Notes under the pieces: model-generated
What the model was told of the DNA's origin: nothing
Databases searched by the model: none
The model's input: the letters and a program-made list of their open reading frames with translations, nothing else
Position numbers and translations under genes: made by a program
Part shown: in pieces, positions 1-6,035 of the stretch
Numbering within the stretch: position 1 is the first letter of the stretch
Layout of the letters: the number at the start of each line of letters is the position of its first letter
Origin: Candidatus Margulisiibacteriota bacterium
Lineage (GTDB): Bacteria > Margulisbacteria > WOR-1 > O2-12-FULL-45-9
Direction: 5' to 3'
Length of the DNA: 16,558 nucleotides
NCBI GenBank assembly: GCA_043816785.1
Contig: JBDRHP010000076.1
Span: 1-16,558, forward strand

Positions 1-190
1 GCTCTACCAGCAAAAGAAAAAACGGCCTCAGAATATTATGATTTATAAAAAATTGAGACCCAGAACAAGGTCGATTTCGGTTACATATTGTTTGACCCAA
101 CCGCAGGCCGTTGGGTTACCTACTTAAATGACTTGACACACCCGGTTTACCCCGGCTTCCAGGGCGGGAATAGGCGGCAGTTGGCGAGCC
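1..190 (+). other. Unresolved segment, possibly the 3' end or relic of an upstream CDS
   Basis: Frame 2 is open from the window edge to TAA 125-127. Frame 1 reads ALPAKEKTASEYYDL*KIETQNKVDFGYILFDPTAGRWVTYLND with one stop at 46-48. No family recognised. Confidence 0.2.
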
Positions 191-193
191 TGC

Positions 194-221
194 CTGCCCT
201 GCCTGCCGGCAGGCAGGGCAG
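194..221. repeat. Perfect 28-bp GC-rich palindrome (REP-like element), copy 1
   Basis: CTGCCCTGCCTGCC|GGCAGGCAGGGCAG is self-complementary. The core CCTGCCTGCCGGCAGGCAGG lies at 198-217, preceded by an extra half copy GCCTGCCTGCC at 188-198. Confidence 0.9.
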
Positions 222-261
222 CGCAATTTTTCTGTTACACAACAAGTGCTGGATAATGTTG

Positions 262-288
262 TATAATAGGCCCAACGAACAAAGGAGG
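262..288 (+). promoter_or_regulatory. Candidate -10 box and strong Shine-Dalgarno for the gene at 295
   Basis: TATAAT at 262-267 with no good -35 at 17 bp. AAGGAGG at 282-288 lies 6 nt before ATG 295. Confidence 0.5.
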
Positions 289-294
289 CACATC

Positions 295-1002
295 ATGAAC
301 CTTTTTCTATTTTTCTTTACAATTGTAGTTTCATTTTTAGCAGTGAGGATTGGGGCCGCGGCCTTTGAATTGACCGGCATGGAAAGGGACCAGTCTCGTT
401 TCCAGTCGCTGTCCTGTTTTTCCGGCACGGGTTTTACGACCTCAGAAGCAGAATTAATCACCAGCCACCCGCAGCGCAGAAAGATTGCCGGCTACCTGAT
501 GATCCTGGGCAACGCCGGCTTGGTCACATTGATCGCAACCTTTGCCAACACAATGAGGCCAGTAGATATAATTGATCAGTTTAAATTTTTTGCCATCCCG
601 CTTCCTATCCCTGCCCACCTCTCCCCTTACATAAATTTGCTGGTCATCGTAGTTGGGATTTTTGCGCTGGTCAAACTCTTTACCCGTTCACACATCATTG
701 ACCGCTTCACCGCGAGGGCAAAAGAGAAAATGATCGAAAAGAAGATCGTCAAGGAAGAAAAAGTTACAGAATTACTGTTTACCCACGAAGGCTACGGCGT
801 TTCCCAATTCGACGTCCATCCGGACAGCCCGCTGGCAGATAAGAGCCTTAAAGAACTAAAGCTTAAAGAATCAGAGGTCCAGGTGTTGCTGATCGAGCGG
901 CCCGAAGGACCGGTGGTCACCCCAAAAGGAGATGCCAAGCTTAAGTCAGGTGACACCCTGATTTGTTTTGGCAAATTGGAGAAGATAAGGCAATTAGCCT
1001 AG
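295..1002 (+). CDS. Membrane protein with a pore-loop-like segment and C-terminal TrkA-C (RCK_C) domain, 235 aa
   Basis: Start moved from 88 to ATG 295 because of the AAGGAGG SD. Family motif LTGMERDQSRFQSLSCFSGTGFTTSEAELITSHPQRRKIAGYLMILGNAG. RCK_C motif DSPLADKSLKEL...VLLIER...PKGDAKLKSGDTLICFG. Confidence 0.85.
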   Translation: MNLFLFFFTIVVSFLAVRIGAAAFELTGMERDQSRFQSLSCFSGTGFTTSEAELITSHPQRRKIAGYLMILGNAGLVTLIATFANTMRPVDIIDQFKFFAIPLPIPAHLSPYINLLVIVVGIFALVKLFTRSHIIDRFTARAKEKMIEKKIVKEEKVTELLFTHEGYGVSQFDVHPDSPLADKSLKELKLKESEVQVLLIERPEGPVVTPKGDAKLKSGDTLICFGKLEKIRQLA

Positions 1003-2063
1003 AACCACTTTTTCTTGCGAAAGTAGTAGACCATCACCAAGCCGATCACAGCCATTACACCTAAAACAGCAAAATATGCCCAGTGCCATTCTAACTCCGG
1101 CATATACTTAAAATTCATGCCGTAAATGCCCGCAACAAAGGTCAAGGGTATAAAAATCGTGGCAATGACGGTCAAGACCTTCATCACTTCGTTCATGCGG
1201 TTGCTGACGCTGGAAAGATAAATGTCTAAAAGACCGGAAACCATTTCCCGGTAGGATTCAATGGATTCAGCCACCCTGATAGTATGGTCATAAACATCCC
1301 TCAAATAAACCGCCGTTGATCCCTGGATAAGCGATGATTCATTTCGCTGCAATCCGCACAGCACTTCGCGCAGGGGCCAGATCGATTTTCTCAGAAAGAC
1401 CATGTCGCTCTTGAGCTGATGAATAAGCTGTAAAGTCTTTGGCTTGGGGTCAACAGCGACTTTTTGCTCAACAACCTCGATCCTTTCCCCGGTCTTTTCC
1501 AGGATGGCAAAATAACCGTCAACAATGGCGTCAAGCAAAGCGTAAGCCAGGTAATCCGCGCCAAATTGCCTGATCCGGCCCTTGGCAGTGCGGAGACGTT
1601 CCCGGATCGGTTCAAAAACATCCCCCGCCCTTTCCTGGAAGGAGATCACCAGATCCTTTCCCAGTACAAGACTGACCTGCTCAGACATGATCAGGTCGGC
1701 TTGATTATTGAGGTAAATCATCTTGAGGACAATATAGAGATAATCCCCGTAGTCTTCCATTTTGGGACGCTGCTCGGTATTAACAATATCCTCTAAAACC
1801 AGAGGATGCAGACCAAATTGTTTGCCCAGTTTTTCAATAACCTCGGTTTGATGGATCCCATCTACGTTTATCCAGCTAATATGGCCGTTATCCTTGTAAG
1901 GAAAACATTCCTCAATATTTTTGACCTCTTTTTCCTCAAAATTATTCTGACCATAAGCGATCACCGTGATCCTGGTCTTATCAGTTTTCTTTTCTCCCAC
2001 ATGAACAAGTGTCCCCGGGGGAAGACCCTTAGCTTTGGAATTTTTCTTTAAGGATCGTATCAC
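999..2063 (-). CDS. corA: Magnesium/cobalt transporter CorA
   Basis: N-terminal GLPPGTLVHVG, WINVDG, LHPLVLEDI, QRPK, and signature MNEVMKVLT...AGIYGMNFKYMPEL followed by a final TM helix. GTG start overlaps the upstream stop (GTGA). Confidence 0.97.
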   Translation of the reverse strand: MIRSLKKNSKAKGLPPGTLVHVGEKKTDKTRITVIAYGQNNFEEKEVKNIEECFPYKDNGHISWINVDGIHQTEVIEKLGKQFGLHPLVLEDIVNTEQRPKMEDYGDYLYIVLKMIYLNNQADLIMSEQVSLVLGKDLVISFQERAGDVFEPIRERLRTAKGRIRQFGADYLAYALLDAIVDGYFAILEKTGERIEVVEQKVAVDPKPKTLQLIHQLKSDMVFLRKSIWPLREVLCGLQRNESSLIQGSTAVYLRDVYDHTIRVAESIESYREMVSGLLDIYLSSVSNRMNEVMKVLTVIATIFIPLTFVAGIYGMNFKYMPELEWHWAYFAVLGVMAVIGLVMVYYFRKKKWF

Positions 2064-2776
2064 GGATGATCACCGTCTCTGGCTTCTGCCACAAAAATGA
2101 GCGCCAGCCTGACCTTTTCGTCCTGGTCCTTGAGCGGAGCCATTTTTAAACAGACCCTTTTTCTGGCGTTGCGGATCGGCAGCTGCAGATCAACCGTACA
2201 GGTATCAATGACCTTGCCGTTCTCAACCAGGTCCTTGAACAAAGGCAAAAATTCCTTGTTGTTCTCCTGCTTTTCAATTGATTCAAAAGTCATTTTTTCC
2301 TGCTCAATGCCAAATAGTTTCTGGACCGCGGTATTCAGCAACAGGACCTGGCGATCAGCATCGACCAGGATAATACCCCGCTCCACATTGGCGGAGATCA
2401 GTTCAACCAGGCGATGGTATAAACCTATCTTCCCCACCCGCAGCTTGTCATAGATATTGAGCTGGCTGACCATTTTGTTGATCAATATCCCCAGGCCGGT
2501 CACTTCATCCCCCAGCCACCTCGCTTCGCTAACCCCGGTATCGTAATCGCCGGCAAGGATGCGCCGGATAAGATTAACCAGCTGCCTCTTGAACATACCC
2601 AGTCTCAAGGTAAGAAAGACCCAGGTGGCCAGACCGACAACAAAAAGGAAAGCAAAGAAAAGGTCCGCCAGAGGCGTGAGTCCGGCCTGGCGTATGAACA
2701 GGAAATAACCCATCGCATAAGTCAGCAGCAGTAGCAGCCAGAGCATTTTGATAATGTTTCTTTTAAATAAACTCAT
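2060..2776 (-). CDS. Membrane-anchored HAMP + PAS domain protein with no output domain
   Basis: Two N-terminal TM helices. HAMP-like RRILAGDYD...DEVTGLGILINKMVSQL. PAS-like ISANVERGIILVDADRQVLLLNTAVQKLFG...MAPLKDQDEKVRLALIFV. No HisKA/HATPase or GGDEF motif. Four-nt overlaps with both neighbours. Confidence 0.8.
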   Translation of the reverse strand: MSLFKRNIIKMLWLLLLLTYAMGYFLFIRQAGLTPLADLFFAFLFVVGLATWVFLTLRLGMFKRQLVNLIRRILAGDYDTGVSEARWLGDEVTGLGILINKMVSQLNIYDKLRVGKIGLYHRLVELISANVERGIILVDADRQVLLLNTAVQKLFGIEQEKMTFESIEKQENNKEFLPLFKDLVENGKVIDTCTVDLQLPIRNARKRVCLKMAPLKDQDEKVRLALIFVAEARDGDHP

Positions 2777-3459
2777 TGTTTTGAGAATTTCTGCAGGTCT
2801 TCGTCCTTGCCCACGATCAGCAGGACATCATCTTCTTCCAGCGGGATATCAGAAGAAGGGACATCTTCAAGATATTCTTCAAAAGTCCGCTCACCGGTAG
2901 CTGTGATCTGCGGTTTTTTCTTCTTGATCGCGACAATGTTGACCTTGTGCTTCTTTCTGGGATGGATCTCCTCAATGCTCTTGCCAATGAACTGCCTGGG
3001 CACTTTTAGCTCCATAAAGCTGTGGCCGGGCATCAGCGAGATGAACTTGGAAATGTTGGGGGCGATCAGGCAGTTGGCCGTGATCCTGCCCATTTCCTCT
3101 TCCAGATTTATGATGTTGTCCACCTCTAAGGTCTTGATGATCTCCTGCTGCAGCGGGCTGATCGCCCGGGCCCAGATCTTTTTCACGCCAATCTTCTTGA
3201 GCAGGATGGTGGTCAAAAGATTGGCTTCAACATCTTCGCCTATGCAGACGACCGCAACATCAACATTATGCACGCCAATGGCCTTGAGCGCTTTTTCATC
3301 AGTTGTATCAGCAGCCACCGCAGTAGTAACGCATTCCTTGATCAACTCAATGCGTTCTTTTTTTTCATCAATGGCAATCACCTGAGCACCACGATCCGTT
3401 AATTCCTTGGCTACAGTAAAACCAAAATTTCCTAAACCGATCACCGCGATCTGTCTCAT
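2773..3459 (-). CDS. ktrA: Ktr/Trk potassium uptake regulatory subunit (RCK_N + RCK_C)
   Basis: IAVIGLGNFG Rossmann motif, VAVVCIG, KKIWARA, and RCK_C FIGKSI...VNIVAIK...EDDVLLIVG. GGGAGGG SD upstream. Confidence 0.93.
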   Translation of the reverse strand: MRQIAVIGLGNFGFTVAKELTDRGAQVIAIDEKKERIELIKECVTTAVAADTTDEKALKAIGVHNVDVAVVCIGEDVEANLLTTILLKKIGVKKIWARAISPLQQEIIKTLEVDNIINLEEEMGRITANCLIAPNISKFISLMPGHSFMELKVPRQFIGKSIEEIHPRKKHKVNIVAIKKKKPQITATGERTFEEYLEDVPSSDIPLEEDDVLLIVGKDEDLQKFSKQ

Positions 3460-3476
3460 AATAATCCCTCCCTAAA

Positions 3477-5183
3477 CTATCCAATCATCACATGTTCTTC
3501 AGCGTAAACCACTTTGGCCGGCTTGCGTTTTCTGGCAAAAGCATAACCAATGGTCAAGGGCCCCAGCCTGCCAATGAACATCAGCAATGTTACCACAAGC
3601 TTGCCGGCCTTTGAAAGTGTCGGCGTCAGGCCGGTGGAAAGACCAACGGTGCCAAAGGCGCTGACCGTTTCAAACAGAACATCACGCATGGGTTTTTGCT
3701 CAATATACAGCAGCAGCATGGCAAACCCCACCACCAGCAGGATGGAAACAACAAACAGGATAATCACTTTCTGCACGACCTCATTAGGTACACTTCTTTT
3801 AAAGACCCGAACGTTCTCCTCCTGCCGCAGGGCGCTGGCCAGTGTGGACCAGAGCACCGCCACGGTTGTTGTTTTAACGCCGCCGCCCGTTGATCCAGGA
3901 GAGGCGCCAATAAACATAAAGACAATCATCATGAACAATGTGGCCGAAGAAAGTTTGGCTATATCAAACGTATTAAAGCCGGCAGTGCGGGTCGTGATCG
4001 ACTGGAACAAAGAAATAAGCAGCTGGTTGTCATAACGCAGGCCAGCGAATCCCCGGCTCTTTTCAAAAGCAAAGATCAAAAGCGTGCCGATCACGATCAG
4101 GAGCAGGGAAACTCGTAAGACCAGTTTTGTCTGAATACGCAGCTTCATCCTGCGGTCCTTGGTTCGAGAAAAGAAATTTCGCAAATTATGGTAAAAATCG
4201 CGTATGACTAAAAAGCCCAAGCCGCCCATAACGACCAGGAACATGATGACCAGGTTAGTGCTCATGTCATTGTTGAATTGGATCAGGCTGTCGCTGAAAG
4301 TCGAGAATCCAGCATTGCAAAAAGCTGAGATCGAGTGAAAGAACGCGTGGTAGAGCGAAACAAAAATATTGCCGAACCTCTTTCCCCAAAGAAGGAACAA
4401 GATCAGGGCGCCCGCCAGTTCAAGGATCAGCGTCATCTTCAAAATGAACAGGACCAGGTTCTTGACATTACTCATCAGGTCCTGATCGAGCACCTCGCGC
4501 ATTTCCAGACTTTCCTTTGGGCCAAAGCTGCGCTTCATCAGCAGGGCCAGTGAAACGGAAAAGGTCATGATCCCCAGGCCGCCTAATTGGACCAGGGCCA
4601 GGATGACCATCTGGCCAAATGGGCTGAAATAAGTTGCCGTATCCTGGACAATTAAGCCGGTTACACAAACAGCTGAAGTCGAAGTAAACAAGGCATCTAT
4701 AAAAGTAGCCTCACTGCCAGTCGCTGTGGCCGCCGGCAACGCCAGCAAAATTGTCCCGACCGCAATGGCAAAAGAAAAGCTGATGAGCATCAGCTGGGCC
4801 GGACGGAAACTCAGCATAGCAATTAATTTGGTTGCCCGCTTTGTTCTTGAAATCAGCATAAAGATCAAAATCGTCTGCCAGAGAATGATGTAAAAAGGCA
4901 GGTTCTCGATAAAAGGAATAAACCTGAGCAGCGGGATAAAAACAATCAGGTCAAGCCAGTTTTTGGCAAGATATACCCTTTTATTTTTACTGGCAAAATA
5001 TTTAATCGCCACATCAAACATAAAAATAAGCAGTATCCCCAGGTTAATCCAGCGAATAATGTGTGAATATGCTTTTAGAAAACCTGTGTTTTGAAAAAAC
5101 AGCAGCAAAAAAGCAAACAAGGCCACCAAGCCGATAAAATAATCTAATTTACTAGGTTTGCCTGATTTTTCTAACAATTCCAT
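3477..5183 (-). CDS. ktrB: Ktr/TrkH-family potassium uptake membrane subunit with an ~120-aa N-terminal membrane extension
   Basis: Four pore loops TSAVCVTGL, SAFCNAGFS, TTRTAGFNT and SAFGTVGLS. Also MFIGASPGSTGGGVKTTT, LMFIGRLGPLT and the KtrB-type C-terminus EHVMIG. Confidence 0.95.
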   Translation of the reverse strand: MELLEKSGKPSKLDYFIGLVALFAFLLLFFQNTGFLKAYSHIIRWINLGILLIFMFDVAIKYFASKNKRVYLAKNWLDLIVFIPLLRFIPFIENLPFYIILWQTILIFMLISRTKRATKLIAMLSFRPAQLMLISFSFAIAVGTILLALPAATATGSEATFIDALFTSTSAVCVTGLIVQDTATYFSPFGQMVILALVQLGGLGIMTFSVSLALLMKRSFGPKESLEMREVLDQDLMSNVKNLVLFILKMTLILELAGALILFLLWGKRFGNIFVSLYHAFFHSISAFCNAGFSTFSDSLIQFNNDMSTNLVIMFLVVMGGLGFLVIRDFYHNLRNFFSRTKDRRMKLRIQTKLVLRVSLLLIVIGTLLIFAFEKSRGFAGLRYDNQLLISLFQSITTRTAGFNTFDIAKLSSATLFMMIVFMFIGASPGSTGGGVKTTTVAVLWSTLASALRQEENVRVFKRSVPNEVVQKVIILFVVSILLVVGFAMLLLYIEQKPMRDVLFETVSAFGTVGLSTGLTPTLSKAGKLVVTLLMFIGRLGPLTIGYAFARKRKPAKVVYAEEHVMIG

Positions 5184-5236
5184 TTTATAAATCCTCGAGT
5201 ACGAAACTCTTTGATACCGGTAATTTTAGAACAAAA

Positions 5237-5983
5237 TCATTCCCTATGCCAGATGATTCTGGTGCCGATAACGTGGGCATTCTCCCAGTTATCCGCAAGG
5301 AACTGAGTACGCTCTGTTTCGTAAGTATAATAAAGGTCAAGGCTCAAGCCGTTAAGCGGCCGGACAAAGCCGATCGTCGCCCAGTTACGAAAAACCTCGC
5401 CGTATTTCAAACTGTGGAAGAGATCGTCTGAAACATATACCGAGCCCAAGCCATACTTCCAGGCAACTGTGGGCCTGATCCGATAGACCACATGTGTATT
5501 TTCCGGCTTTTCCAGATCAATGTTCCAGAGCTCAAAATCGTTGCTCATGATAATCTCCAGCACGCGAAGCGCCCCCTGCTTGACCCGACCGATAACGCTG
5601 GTATCCTCAGTCTCATTTGCTGTTCGCCCTATCTTGGACAGACCAGGGGAAAAAATAAAAATAATCTTAGGATCAAAATGGAATTCAAAGCGGTTCTCCG
5701 GCTGCCAGCTGCCATTTGTTCTTTGATTGACAAAGCGGTAGTAAAGCCCCAAGTCCATCCAGGAAAATGGATGAAAGAGAAAACCAGTGCGCCAGTGGTA
5801 ATAGTAAAAGCGGCTCAGGCTCTCATCAAACCTGAATTCCGGTGTCAAGGAATAATCCGAGCCCCAGATTGCCTTTTGCTGGTAAGAAAAGGCGCTGAAA
5901 TATTTCAGGTCTTCGGCTAAGAGTGAGCCAGAACAAAAGAACAGGAAAATCAATAGCAGAATCGCTTTTTTGACCATTTTCAT
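5237..5983 (-). CDS. DUF2490-like predicted outer-membrane beta-barrel protein
   Basis: Signal peptide MKMVKKAILLLIFLFFCSGSLLA, aromatic alternating beta strands, EFRFD, W..ENR and HVIG motifs. The start may be ATG 5983 or 5977; the extension to 6130 overlaps the GH65 gene and is rejected. Confidence 0.7.
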   Translation of the reverse strand: MKMVKKAILLLIFLFFCSGSLLAEDLKYFSAFSYQQKAIWGSDYSLTPEFRFDESLSRFYYYHWRTGFLFHPFSWMDLGLYYRFVNQRTNGSWQPENRFEFHFDPKIIFIFSPGLSKIGRTANETEDTSVIGRVKQGALRVLEIIMSNDFELWNIDLEKPENTHVVYRIRPTVAWKYGLGSVYVSDDLFHSLKYGEVFRNWATIGFVRPLNGLSLDLYYTYETERTQFLADNWENAHVIGTRIIWHRE

Positions 5984-5987
5984 TGTC

Positions 5988-5996
5988 ATTATAGCA
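5988..5996 (-). promoter_or_regulatory. Extended -10 promoter (TGcTATAAT), probably giving a leaderless or very short-leader mRNA
   Basis: The minus strand reads TTTTTATGGTGCTATAATGACAATGAAAATGG, with no SD before the ATGs. Confidence 0.6.
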
Positions 5997-6035
5997 CCAT
6001 AAAAAGCTGGTGGGGAGGGCCTGGTAGATGAAAAA

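Noticed and set aside
1..9. GCTCTACCA as a tRNA/tmRNA 3' end or the tail of an M-box riboswitch
   Set aside because: Nine bases at the window edge are not enough evidence.
133..138. TTGACA as a -35 box
   Set aside because: There is no plausible -10 hexamer at 16-18 nt spacing.
56..190. Formal call of 6S RNA, RNase P RNA or a c-di-AMP/Mg2+ riboswitch
   Set aside because: Diagnostic motifs (GAGGAAAGTCC, long terminal 6S pairing, ydaO or M-box cores) are absent.
88..294. N-terminal extension of the 88..1002 ORF
   Set aside because: It runs through the palindrome and a promoter-like sequence, and a strong SD precedes ATG 295.
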